64,000 nt of DNA from an uncultured Candidatus Saccharibacteria bacterium (GCA_964500465.1 CAZCNB010000004.1:1160-65159), one strand, 5' to 3'; positions 17,508 through 26,661 are shown, numbered from the stretch's first letter. The notes: generated by a model from the sequence alone, not told the origin. Made by a program: numbers and translations.

Positions 17508-18613
17508 AATACTACGTAAAGACTATAATATATAGTATTTTAACTTTAGTAGTATTTCTTACTACGCCTGTATATGCTGGAAACTCTTCACTTTTCTTAG
17601 GAAAATCTCAATCAACAGTTGGTGAGGGAAGCAACATAACTATTGATGTAAAAGTAAAATCACCAGATGAACCTATTAACGCAGTATCCGGATCACTTTC
17701 TTTTCCTAGTGATTTATTGCAAATTGTTTCTATTTCAAGAGATGATAGTATTTTGAATATCTGGACCCATGATCCAAATATCAGCAGAAATAAGATTTCT
17801 TTTGAAGGAGTGATACTAAATCCTGGTTATATTGGTCAAGGTGGAAGCATTTTCCATATTACCTTTCAGGCAAAGAAAATAGGAACAGCTACCATATATT
17901 TTAATGAAGGTTCAATACTTGCAAACGATGGACTTGGAACAAATATCATAAATGGGTTGAGTTCTACTAGTTTCAATATTATTGCATCTGGTGCACTTGA
18001 TCTAGTAAGGCCAATTGCAACAAATAATAATGGTAGATTAATGGCTCTGCCAGTTATAACTGAATATTCCGAGTCAGTGTATTCTAAGGATAGTGTTTAC
18101 CTAAGAGGAAAGGGGGAACCAAATGCTGTTACAAAACTTTCTTTTGAAAAAGTATCTAATAAGTCCTTCGGTGAACAGTTTTTAGATTTTATTCAGTCTA
18201 AAAAGAAACGCTTAACTGATGTATTAGTAAAAAATAATGATAAAGGTTTGTTTGAATATATTACTCCTAATAATTTGATCGCAGGAGTTTACAATGCCAC
18301 ACCTTTCTTAGTTGATGACAATACAAATACTACAAAACCAGGTCTTGGTGTTAGACTATTTGTGAATGATAGTAAGATAATAAAAGCACTTATTGTTTTT
18401 ATAAATATACTAATACTGTTAATACCAATAGTTGGACTAATAATGCTAATATATTTTATCCCTTGGTATTCATCTCGAAGAATGCGTATACTCAAGCGTA
18501 AAATGGGCCTCGAAGAAGAGAAAATTCAACTTACTGAGCATGAGTTAGAGCGCCAAGATAAGATGCTTTCCCAAGCACCCATACCGCCCATATCTACTGA
18601 AAAAAGGGAATAA
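17504..18613 (+). CDS. Membrane-anchored cohesin-like protein 2 with a cytoplasmic coiled-coil tail
   Basis: The probable start at 17504 overlaps the upstream TGA by 4 nt. It has a signal peptide. The cohesin-like segment is GSNITIDVKVKSPDEPINAVSGSLSFPSDLLQIVSISRDD...SIFHITFQAKKIGTATIYF. A TM helix (ILILLIPIVGLIMLIYFIPWY) is followed by a charged helical tail RRMRILKRKMGLEEEKIQLTEHELERQDKML. Confidence 0.6.
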   Translation: MKYYVKTIIYSILTLVVFLTTPVYAGNSSLFLGKSQSTVGEGSNITIDVKVKSPDEPINAVSGSLSFPSDLLQIVSISRDDSILNIWTHDPNISRNKISFEGVILNPGYIGQGGSIFHITFQAKKIGTATIYFNEGSILANDGLGTNIINGLSSTSFNIIASGALDLVRPIATNNNGRLMALPVITEYSESVYSKDSVYLRGKGEPNAVTKLSFEKVSNKSFGEQFLDFIQSKKKRLTDVLVKNNDKGLFEYITPNNLIAGVYNATPFLVDDNTNTTKPGLGVRLFVNDSKIIKALIVFINILILLIPIVGLIMLIYFIPWYSSRRMRILKRKMGLEEEKIQLTEHELERQDKMLSQAPIPPISTEKRE

Positions 18614-18632
18614 ATGTGGTATTATATACCTT

Positions 18633-19724
18633 ATGAGAAGATTTAATATCTCGGTAATTCTCGTTATTTTTGTATTAATATCTGGCTTCCCAAATATAAT
18701 TAATGCAGATAGTGATATTTTAACACCCCAAGAAAACTTGTGGCTTAAGTCTCGCAACAATACTATTATTGTTTATCCAGAAAAGAATTTTCCTCCATAT
18801 TCTTATCAAAATGCTTCTAGAACACCCCAAGGTTTATCGATAGATTATATAGAGCTTGTTGCTAAAAAAGTAGGAGCAAAAGTCGAGTATTTACAAGCTC
18901 GCCCACTTTATCAGATATTAGATGATATAAAACAAGATGGTAAAGGTGATGTAGTCACCTCATTATCTGAAAATAAAGAAAGAGATGATTTTTTATATTT
19001 TTCTGATACCTATATTACTAGTCCTGCAGTTATAGTAGTGCGTAAAGATTTAGATAAGAGAAGTGATATGACACTATCTGACTTAACTGGCAAGAAAGTG
19101 GCTATTGGTGATCAATATGCAGTTGAAGACTTTGTTCGGGTTAATAATCCTAGGGTTGTTATAGATTCAGTAACTGACGATGAGTTGGGCCTACAAAAGT
19201 TAGTTTTAGGAGAGGTTGATGCAGCAATTATTGACGTTACTTCTTTATCTTATTATCTTTCAAAGCAAGTACTAAATAGTGTTAGAATTGTAGGTAGTAC
19301 AGGGTTTGAATATAAGCTTTCTTTTGCTGTACCTAAAGATAAAGAAATACTCCAATCAATAATAGATAAAGGTTTACAGCAAATAAGTACAAATGATAGG
19401 AAAATTATTACCGATAAATGGGTAGTGATACCTAATAAATCAAGCTCCACTAATCCTTTTATTTCTTATCTCAAACAGAATATTAGCACAATAGTACTTT
19501 ATGTCTTACTTTGTGCAATAATATTAATGTTACTTATTAGAAGAACAAATGGAACAAGATATTTTTCTTTTAGAAATCGCACCAAGATGGATAAAGTTAA
19601 TGAGTTAAAACAGGAGATTATTGAACTAGAAGATACTAGTAAAGGTCTCATGGAAGAATTAAATGAAGTTAAAATTCTTGAAGAAAATATAAAAGAAAAA
19701 GTTAAAAGTATTGAAACTCAATAA
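18633..19724 (+). CDS. Orphan solute-binding (SBP_bac_3 / sensor-type VFT) ectodomain protein with a C-terminal TM helix and a short cytoplasmic coiled coil
   Basis: It has a signal peptide. LTPQENLWLKSRNNTIIVYPEKNFPPYSY...GLSIDYIELVAKKVGAKVEYLQ matches the N-terminal signature of SBP_bac_3 domains found on sensor kinases and ABC-transporter binding proteins. A TM helix (IVLYVLLCAIILMLLI) and the coiled coil ELKQEIIELEDTSKGLMEELNEVKILEENIKEK follow. No kinase or other output domain is present. Confidence 0.65.
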   Translation: MRRFNISVILVIFVLISGFPNIINADSDILTPQENLWLKSRNNTIIVYPEKNFPPYSYQNASRTPQGLSIDYIELVAKKVGAKVEYLQARPLYQILDDIKQDGKGDVVTSLSENKERDDFLYFSDTYITSPAVIVVRKDLDKRSDMTLSDLTGKKVAIGDQYAVEDFVRVNNPRVVIDSVTDDELGLQKLVLGEVDAAIIDVTSLSYYLSKQVLNSVRIVGSTGFEYKLSFAVPKDKEILQSIIDKGLQQISTNDRKIITDKWVVIPNKSSSTNPFISYLKQNISTIVLYVLLCAIILMLLIRRTNGTRYFSFRNRTKMDKVNELKQEIIELEDTSKGLMEELNEVKILEENIKEKVKSIETQ

Positions 19725-19767
19725 ATTTATAATCGCGTTTTAAAAACAAATTTTATACTCATAATAT

Positions 19768-20856
19768 ATGAAATCATTATTAATCTATATATTCCTGATC
19801 GCTGTACTAATAACCCCAACATCTAGCACTAAAGCACAATCAAACTTACTTAATAGTGAGGAAAATATATGGATTTCTTCAAGGAATAATACTATCTCAG
19901 TGGTTCCAGAAAGAAACAATCCGCCCTTTTCTTTTAATGATTCATCCTATATATCCCAAGGTATATTTATAGATTATATAAAGCTTGTTTCTGAAAAATT
20001 AAATATTAAAGTAGATTTTTTAACTTCTCGTACTAGATCTGATATTATTGCAGGAATATATGAAGATAAAGCTGATTTTGTTTCTACTCTTGAGATTGAT
20101 AAAATTGAAAACACCAATCTAGCTTCCACAAGTCCTTATTCTACTTTCCCAGTTGTTATTGCGGTTCGTAAAGATTATGACGCAAGAGAGGGGATGACAC
20201 TAGATGATTTTAATAATAGGAGTGTTGCTGTAATGCAAGATTCTCCTATAAATTCTTATATAAAGAAAAATTACCCAAGGATAGTTATACAAGAAGTAGT
20301 CGATAACGAGCTTGCTTTACAAAAAGTAGCTCTAAACGAAGTTGATGCTACGGTCATAAATTCCGCATCTCTAACTTATCTACTTTCTAAACAATCTATG
20401 CGTAGCATAAAAGTTGTAGGAAGTATTCCTCTTGATTCAAAAATGTCATTTGTTGTTCCGAAAGACAAATTAGTTTTAAGTTCTATTTTGACTAAAGGAT
20501 TAAAACAAGTTAGCGCCAAAGAGCACCAGCAGATAATTGATAAATGGATTTCATTACCCAACGAGAAAGACAATAAGAATACTCTGATTACTTACATTAA
20601 CGATAATTTTGTTATTATACTTATTACACTATTGTTTTTAGTAATATTAGTATCAATGTTTTTATTCTTTAGAAAAAGAAATCATTATTTTAACTATAAT
20701 CACGAACATAAAAATAGTAAATTAATTGAATTAGAAAAAGAAATATCCGAACTTGAATCTACTAGTGCCAGTTTGATAGATGAACTTAAGGAGGTAAAAA
20801 ACTTAGAACAAGATATTAAAAATAAAATTAGACAAGGAGAATCTATCCATCATTAA
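19768..20856 (+). CDS. Tandem paralog of the orphan SBP_bac_3-type ectodomain membrane protein
   Basis: The architecture is the same. It contains NIWISSRNNTISVVPERNNPPFSF...GIFIDYIKLVSEKLNIKVDFL, a TM helix IILITLLFLVILVSMFLFF and a C-terminal coiled coil SKLIELEKEISELESTSASLIDELKEVKNLEQDIKNK. It is about 35-40% identical to the upstream copy. Confidence 0.65.
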   Translation: MKSLLIYIFLIAVLITPTSSTKAQSNLLNSEENIWISSRNNTISVVPERNNPPFSFNDSSYISQGIFIDYIKLVSEKLNIKVDFLTSRTRSDIIAGIYEDKADFVSTLEIDKIENTNLASTSPYSTFPVVIAVRKDYDAREGMTLDDFNNRSVAVMQDSPINSYIKKNYPRIVIQEVVDNELALQKVALNEVDATVINSASLTYLLSKQSMRSIKVVGSIPLDSKMSFVVPKDKLVLSSILTKGLKQVSAKEHQQIIDKWISLPNEKDNKNTLITYINDNFVIILITLLFLVILVSMFLFFRKRNHYFNYNHEHKNSKLIELEKEISELESTSASLIDELKEVKNLEQDIKNKIRQGESIHH

Positions 20857-20881
20857 TTTAAAAATTAATTATCATATTTTT

Positions 20882-21388
20882 ATGAGTAATCAAAAAGGTT
20901 TCACATTAATTGAACTACTTGTCGCGGTAGCTATAATCGCAATATTAGCCAGTGTAATAATGACTATGTCTTCTAATGCAAGGAATAATGCCAAAGATGC
21001 AGCTATCAGAAGGCAGTTTGCAGAATTTACTAAACTGCTTTTGCAAGAATATGTTGATAATGGTACTTATGCAAATCTTCAACTTCCAGCAACTTATTTT
21101 TATACTAAAGAAGATTGCGAATCAGGATTTACTTCAAGTGTATATGTTTCTGAAGCCCGAGCTATATGTAAAGAGATAGTTAAAAATTTAAATAACGGAG
21201 CATTTTATGTAGGAGCTAATAATCCTAGTTCTCAAAAGTATTCTATTTCAACAAACTTGAACACACCAGTTTACTTATCTGGAAATCCCACAGGGCATGA
21301 TTATTGTGTTGGAAGTAGTGGGACTTACGATGGCACCTCTGTAGGTAATGGAAGTCAGACCCAAAAAGGTTGTTATAATAACCCTTAA
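20882..21388 (+). CDS. Type IV pilin / pseudopilin (prepilin N-terminal cleavage-methylation domain)
   Basis: The N-terminus MSNQKGFTLIELLVAVAIIAILASVIM is a canonical class III signal peptide, with the motif G|FTLIEL and a hydrophobic alpha1 helix. Confidence 0.9.
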   Translation: MSNQKGFTLIELLVAVAIIAILASVIMTMSSNARNNAKDAAIRRQFAEFTKLLLQEYVDNGTYANLQLPATYFYTKEDCESGFTSSVYVSEARAICKEIVKNLNNGAFYVGANNPSSQKYSISTNLNTPVYLSGNPTGHDYCVGSSGTYDGTSVGNGSQTQKGCYNNP

Positions 21389-21426
21389 AATATACTAAAA
21401 ATATAGTAGCTAATTTTAGCCTAAAA

Positions 21427-21435
21427 TGCTATAAT
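21427..21435 (+). promoter_or_regulatory. Extended -10 element (TGcTATAAT) upstream of gyrB. It implies a near-leaderless gyrB start at 21448.
   Basis: tgctataat lies at 21427-21435. The MAKKEEK start codon is at 21448. The upstream in-frame ATG at 21439 would fall inside the promoter. Confidence 0.35.
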
Positions 21436-21447
21436 TACTTGGTATTT

Positions 21448-23550
21448 ATGGCTAAAAAGGAGGAAAAAAATGCTAAATATGGTGCTGATCAGATCTCAGT
21501 TTTAGAGGGTCTTGAGCCTGTACGTCGACGTCCTGGTATGTATATTGGTTCAACTGGTATAGATGGACTTCATCACTTGATATGGGAAATTTTTGATAAC
21601 TCACGCGATGAAGCTATGGGTGGATTTGCTGATCATATTGAAGTTACTCTACTTCCAAATAATTCTGTACGAGTTGCTGATAATGGACGTGGTATTCCAG
21701 TTGATATTCATCCAAAGACAAAAGTATCTGCGCTTGAAACTGTAATGACTACACTTCACGCTGGAGGAAAATTCGGAGGTGATGATAGTGGCTATAAAGT
21801 TTCCGGAGGCCTTCACGGTGTGGGAGCTTCTGTTGTAAATGCACTATCTATCTATACTCAAGCCATAGTTCACCGTGATGGTGGAAAATACGTTCAAGAA
21901 TATTCACAAGGAAAAAGGAAAGCTGCTGTTAAAAAAATCTCTACTTCTAAAGACCACGGAACTATTATTACATTTAGACCAGATGAAGAGATATTTAAAC
22001 AAGTTAAATTTGATTGGAATACAATAATAAACCATTTGCGCCAGCAAGCTTACTTAGTAAAAGGTTTGAGAATAGATATAATCGATGCTCGTGATGAATC
22101 TTTCGCACAATCAATATTAACTAAAGGCAAAGATTCTTTAAACGATGACAAGGTTTTTTGGTTCAGAGAACTTTCTCTTGAAGTTCCTAGTACAACATTT
22201 TATTTTGAAGGTGGATTGGTTTCACTCGTAAAATTTTACAATAAACTTGAGAAAACAATAAACCCAAGTGTATTTTATGTAGAGAAAGAAGTTGATGGGG
22301 TAGGAGTAGAAGTTGCCCTACAATATGTTGACGATGTTAATTCTCACATAGTTCCATTTGCTAACAATATTTACAACCCAGAAGGAGGTACGCATGTTAC
22401 AGGTTTTAAAACTGCTCTTACGAGAGTATTGAATACATATAGTAAAAAAAATAATCTAATAAAAGAGTCTGATGGTGCTTTTACTGGAGATGATGTGTTA
22501 GAAGGTCTAATGGCAGTAGTTTCAGTAAAACTTCGTGAAATACAATTTGAAGGTCAAACTAAAGCAAAATTAGGATCAACTGAAGCACAAGGTGCAGTAG
22601 CCTCTGTTTTTGGAGATGCATTTACTGGATTTTTAGAAGAGAATCCAGATGAAGCAAAATCAATAATAAACAAATCTATTCTTGCATTGCGTGCTCGTAA
22701 AGCTGCAAAGGCTGCAAAAGATTCAGTTCTTCGAAAAGGTGCACTTGAAGGCATGACCCTTCCTGGTAAACTTGCAGACTGTCAGAGTAAGAGTGCCGAA
22801 GAATCTGAAATATTTATTGTAGAGGGAGATTCTGCGGGAGGTACTGCTAAGATGGGACGTGATAGAAAAACGCAAGCAATATTGCCACTTCGAGGTAAAA
22901 TTTTAAATGTTGAACGTGCAAGACTTGATCGCATGCTTGGTAGTGAACAGATTAAAAACTTAGTTATTGCCATGGGTACTTCAATTGGTGATACTTTTGA
23001 TCTTGAAAAGATTAGATATCATAAGCTTATTATTGCAACTGATGCTGACGTTGACGGTGCTCATATTAGGACATTAATACTTACACTTATGTATAGATAC
23101 TTCCGACCAGTGCTCGATGCAGGATATGTATATATTGCTCAACCACCACTATTTAAAATAAAAAAGGGTAAAGAAATATCTTATGCTTATTCAGATGAAG
23201 AGCGAGATAAATTACTAGGTAAAGATGCTCCTTCACTAGAAGAGTTGCTTCAAGATTCTGCAAATGAAGGAGAAAATGAAGTTGAACTTGAGGTAGAAGA
23301 GGAAGATGAAAAAACAAAAGCTAAAAAATCTACCAAAATCCATGTCCAACGTTATAAAGGTCTTGGGGAAATGAATGCCGAAGAATTATGGGAAACTACT
23401 ATGGATCCAGCAAGACGTATACTTAAACAAGTCACCATAAATGACGCTGAAGAAGCAAATAAAATTTTTGACATGTTAATGGGATCAGAAGTTCCTCCTC
23501 GTAAAGCATTTATTCAATCTCACGCAAAAATGGCTAATCTCGACATCTAG
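21448..23550 (+). CDS. gyrB: DNA gyrase subunit B
   Basis: Signature motifs are present: LHAGGKFGG, GLHGVGASVVNALS, LPGKLADC, EGDSAGG and the TOPRIM and C-terminal motifs. Confidence 0.95.
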   Translation: MAKKEEKNAKYGADQISVLEGLEPVRRRPGMYIGSTGIDGLHHLIWEIFDNSRDEAMGGFADHIEVTLLPNNSVRVADNGRGIPVDIHPKTKVSALETVMTTLHAGGKFGGDDSGYKVSGGLHGVGASVVNALSIYTQAIVHRDGGKYVQEYSQGKRKAAVKKISTSKDHGTIITFRPDEEIFKQVKFDWNTIINHLRQQAYLVKGLRIDIIDARDESFAQSILTKGKDSLNDDKVFWFRELSLEVPSTTFYFEGGLVSLVKFYNKLEKTINPSVFYVEKEVDGVGVEVALQYVDDVNSHIVPFANNIYNPEGGTHVTGFKTALTRVLNTYSKKNNLIKESDGAFTGDDVLEGLMAVVSVKLREIQFEGQTKAKLGSTEAQGAVASVFGDAFTGFLEENPDEAKSIINKSILALRARKAAKAAKDSVLRKGALEGMTLPGKLADCQSKSAEESEIFIVEGDSAGGTAKMGRDRKTQAILPLRGKILNVERARLDRMLGSEQIKNLVIAMGTSIGDTFDLEKIRYHKLIIATDADVDGAHIRTLILTLMYRYFRPVLDAGYVYIAQPPLFKIKKGKEISYAYSDEERDKLLGKDAPSLEELLQDSANEGENEVELEVEEEDEKTKAKKSTKIHVQRYKGLGEMNAEELWETTMDPARRILKQVTINDAEEANKIFDMLMGSEVPPRKAFIQSHAKMANLDI

Positions 23551-23559
23551 TATATTTAT

Positions 23560-24558
23560 ATGTCGCATACGTCTGGAAATAAATCAGTCACTTTTGCATT
23601 AATAGGTAATGTGTTTGTAACAATAACCAAAGGAATAGTTGCGGTTTTTTCTGGTTCTACAAGTATGTTTGCTGAAAGTGTACATAGTTTTGCTGACACA
23701 CTAAATCAATCCCTTCTTCTTATAGGACTAAATCGTTCAAAAAAGCCTGCAGATGATATAAGAGGGTATGGATATGGAATTGAAAGATTTTTTTGGTCAC
23801 TTATATCTGCTTGCGGGATTTTATTTGTTGGAGCCGGTGTAACCATATATCACTCAATACATTCTTTGATTAACAATGGAGGATCTTCAAATTTCCATTT
23901 ATATAACATAGTTGTTTTATTAATAGCACTTGTTATAGAGAGTATTACTTTATACATAGCTATCAAAGAGTTAAAAGGTAATAAAAAATTTTCTAGAAAA
24001 ATGTTAGATGAAGCAGATCCAGTAGTTTTGGCAGTAGTTTATGAAGATGGGGTTGCTGTCATAGGTGTAATTGTTGCTCTCATTGCTCAGTTTTTGACAG
24101 TTATTACAAACAATAATCTTTACGATAGTGTTGGTGGAATAGTAGTAGGTATAATTTTAGGTGTTTTGGCAGTAATTTTAATTAGAAAAAATCATCACTA
24201 TTTAATAGGTAAGTCTATAAAAGAAGAAGTAAAAGAAGAAATCATCGAACTTCTTTTGAAAGATCCTTGTATTGAGAAAATATTAGAGTTTAAATCCGTT
24301 GCTGTAAACATTGGAAAATACAGAATATATGTATCTGTTGAATGGAATGGTACTCCACTATACCATGAGATATATGATGCAGGGGAGTTAAAAGAAGAAT
24401 TCGAATCTGTGAAAGATGATTTCCAAGAGTTTACGAAACTAATGCTAAAAACAACAGATAGAGTTCCTAGAGTGCTAGGAACTCATATAGATGATATAGA
24501 GAAAAAGATCACAAGCCAGTTCCCAGAAGTTTTGTATGTAGATATTGAGATAAACTAG
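23560..24558 (+). CDS. Cation diffusion facilitator (CDF) family transporter
   Basis: The N-terminal signature is ALIGNVFVTITKGIVAVFSGSTSMFAESVHSFADTLNQ. There are multiple TM helices and a C-terminal cytoplasmic domain. Confidence 0.8.
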   Translation: MSHTSGNKSVTFALIGNVFVTITKGIVAVFSGSTSMFAESVHSFADTLNQSLLLIGLNRSKKPADDIRGYGYGIERFFWSLISACGILFVGAGVTIYHSIHSLINNGGSSNFHLYNIVVLLIALVIESITLYIAIKELKGNKKFSRKMLDEADPVVLAVVYEDGVAVIGVIVALIAQFLTVITNNNLYDSVGGIVVGIILGVLAVILIRKNHHYLIGKSIKEEVKEEIIELLLKDPCIEKILEFKSVAVNIGKYRIYVSVEWNGTPLYHEIYDAGELKEEFESVKDDFQEFTKLMLKTTDRVPRVLGTHIDDIEKKITSQFPEVLYVDIEIN

Positions 24559-24586
24559 AAACCGTTATTAAGAGCGGTTTCTAGTT
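24553..24586. terminator. Bidirectional rho-independent terminator between the convergent CDF gene and thrS
   Basis: There is a perfect 12-bp stem, aactagaaaccg ... cggtttctagtt, with a 10-nt loop. It is flanked by T-runs on both strands. Confidence 0.7.
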
Positions 24587-26313
24587 TCTTCTTTTATGTG
24601 AGCCATAAAATCAGGTAGTGACATTTGAACTTTTGATCCATCACGTTTTTCTATTGTTAGAAGTCCTGACTCTTTTTCTTTATCTCCAACTACTACTACA
24701 TAAGGAGTATTTACTTTCTTTGCAGCGTGAATTTTTTTACCAAGACTATCATTATAGTCTATATGTTCAACCCTGATATCATTTCCAGAAAGAGATTTTG
24801 TAATTTTATCTGTCTCTTCTAAATGATTTTCTTTTACAGGAATAACAGCAACTTGTATTGGAGAAAGCCAAGTAGGGAATATTCCTGCGGTGTGCTCAAT
24901 CATAATTGATAAGAATCTTTCTATAGAACCCATTATAGCAGCGTGTATCATTACAATTCTTTCTTTTTCTCCCTTTTCATTTGTGCAAGTAAGATCAAAT
25001 CTCTCTGGCATATTCATATCAAGCTGTATTGTTGCGACTTGCCATTCACGACCGATTGCGTCGTTTGCCATAAAATCAAGTTTTGGTCCATAAAATGCAG
25101 CTTCGCCTATTCCTTCAAAAGTCTCTACTCCACGTTCATCTGCAATCTCAGTTAGCATATTTTCTGCAAATGCCCATCTTTCTTTATCACCTAGATACTT
25201 TTCTGGATGTTCTGGGTCATGTTTAGAGACACGTACACGTAATTTGAACCCAAATGTTTTGTAAAAAGTTTCAACAATGTCCCAAATTTTTAAGAATTCA
25301 TCACGCGCTTGTGACATTCTACAAAATACGTGAGCGTCATCTTGAGCAAACGCTCTAACACGAGACAATCCTGAAAGTTCTCCGGATTGTTCGTCTCTAT
25401 AGCAAGTTGTAGTATTTGCGTATCTTTGAGGAAGCTCTCGGTAACTCCACATTTTTCGAGCATAAATCTGAGTATGGTGAGGACAATTCATTGGCTTCAT
25501 TGCAAATTCATGTCCTTCACGAGTAGTTATACGGAATAAATCATCTTTGTATTTATCCCAGTGGCCACTTTTCTCATAAAGATCCTTCTTTGTTATATGT
25601 GGTATCTCCACTCTATCGTATCCTTTTTCTTGACGAAGTTGCCAAACATAAGAGTCTAATAGGTTCCTTAAAAGTGTACCTTTAGGTGTCCAAAGAGGAA
25701 GACCTGGTCCTACTAAATCTGAGAAAGTAAATAGATCAAGTTCAACCCCAAGTTTTTTATGATCTCGTTTCCTCGCTTCTTCTTGTTGTTTTTCATAAGC
25801 TTCAAGTTCTTCCTTTGAATTAAAAGCAAGTCCGTATATACGAGTAAGCATTTTGTTTTTCTCGTCTCCCCGCCAATATGCACCAGCAACACGATCAAGT
25901 TTAAATGAATCTGGATTTATTTCCTTATTTGGATTCTCTGCATGCCCTCCACGACAAAGATCTGTAAAACCACCACAAGTGTATAGGGTTATTTGTTCCC
26001 CTCGATCAGCAATCTCATTTATTAATTCTTTTTTATATATATTTCCTTTGAAATAATCTAAAGCCTCCTCCTTATTTATTTCTTTATGAGTAAATTCCAC
26101 CCATTTGTTCAAATTCTTTAACATTGATGATTGAACCTTATTTAGATCTTCATCTGTGAATTTATCTCCTCCAAAATCAATATCATAGTAAAATCCGTTG
26201 TCTATGGCAGGACCAAGAGTTGGCAGGGCGTTAGGATAGTGTTCCAAAACGGCTTGAGCAAGCAAGTGGGCGAGCGTATGCCTGATGTGTGGTAATTTTT
26301 CAGTATTTTCCAT
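24568..26313 (-). CDS. thrS: Threonyl-tRNA synthetase. It has an editing domain but no N-terminal TGS domain.
   Basis: It starts at MENTEKLPHIRHTLAHLLAQA. The longer ORF reaching 26559 overlaps rpmF and was trimmed. Editing-site motifs HxxxH (HTLAH) and CRGGH are present, together with the class II catalytic core and the anticodon-binding domain. Confidence 0.9.
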   Translation of the reverse strand: MENTEKLPHIRHTLAHLLAQAVLEHYPNALPTLGPAIDNGFYYDIDFGGDKFTDEDLNKVQSSMLKNLNKWVEFTHKEINKEEALDYFKGNIYKKELINEIADRGEQITLYTCGGFTDLCRGGHAENPNKEINPDSFKLDRVAGAYWRGDEKNKMLTRIYGLAFNSKEELEAYEKQQEEARKRDHKKLGVELDLFTFSDLVGPGLPLWTPKGTLLRNLLDSYVWQLRQEKGYDRVEIPHITKKDLYEKSGHWDKYKDDLFRITTREGHEFAMKPMNCPHHTQIYARKMWSYRELPQRYANTTTCYRDEQSGELSGLSRVRAFAQDDAHVFCRMSQARDEFLKIWDIVETFYKTFGFKLRVRVSKHDPEHPEKYLGDKERWAFAENMLTEIADERGVETFEGIGEAAFYGPKLDFMANDAIGREWQVATIQLDMNMPERFDLTCTNEKGEKERIVMIHAAIMGSIERFLSIMIEHTAGIFPTWLSPIQVAVIPVKENHLEETDKITKSLSGNDIRVEHIDYNDSLGKKIHAAKKVNTPYVVVVGDKEKESGLLTIEKRDGSKVQMSLPDFMAHIKEETRNRS

Positions 26314-26367
26314 ATTTAGCAATAATAGCATATTTGCATATTTCCGGAAAATAGCTATACTGTCTAT

Positions 26368-26586
26368 ATGGTAATACGAATGAGACATACTCGTGCCCAT
26401 ACTGGTAACCGCCGAAGCCATCATGCGCTTAAGGCAAAGACTTTTGCTGTTTGTGCGCATTGTAAAGCACCAAAAGAGACCCATGTAGTCTGCAAAAATT
26501 GTGGATTTTATAGGGGTCGTAAGGTTATAGATGTGGTTAAGAAGGTAGAAAAGAAACAAGCAAAGAAGAAAGCTCGCGCTAAATAA
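26368..26586 (+). CDS. rpmF: 50S ribosomal protein L32 (bL32)
   Basis: The sequence RMRHTRAHTGNRRSHHALK...C..C...C..CGFYRGRKV shows the Zn-ribbon form of L32. Confidence 0.85.
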   Translation: MVIRMRHTRAHTGNRRSHHALKAKTFAVCAHCKAPKETHVVCKNCGFYRGRKVIDVVKKVEKKQAKKKARAK

Positions 26587-26661
26587 TTTTAGGCGTTAGT
26601 TGCTAAGCTCTAGTATTTAATACTAGACCCTTGCAACTAAAGCGTAGATCTTTATTAAACA

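Noticed and set aside
26314-26559. 5' extension of the thrS ORF that overlaps rpmF
   Set aside because: The extension is not conserved ThrRS sequence and it overlaps the clearly real L32 gene. The conserved protein starts at MENTEK (26313).
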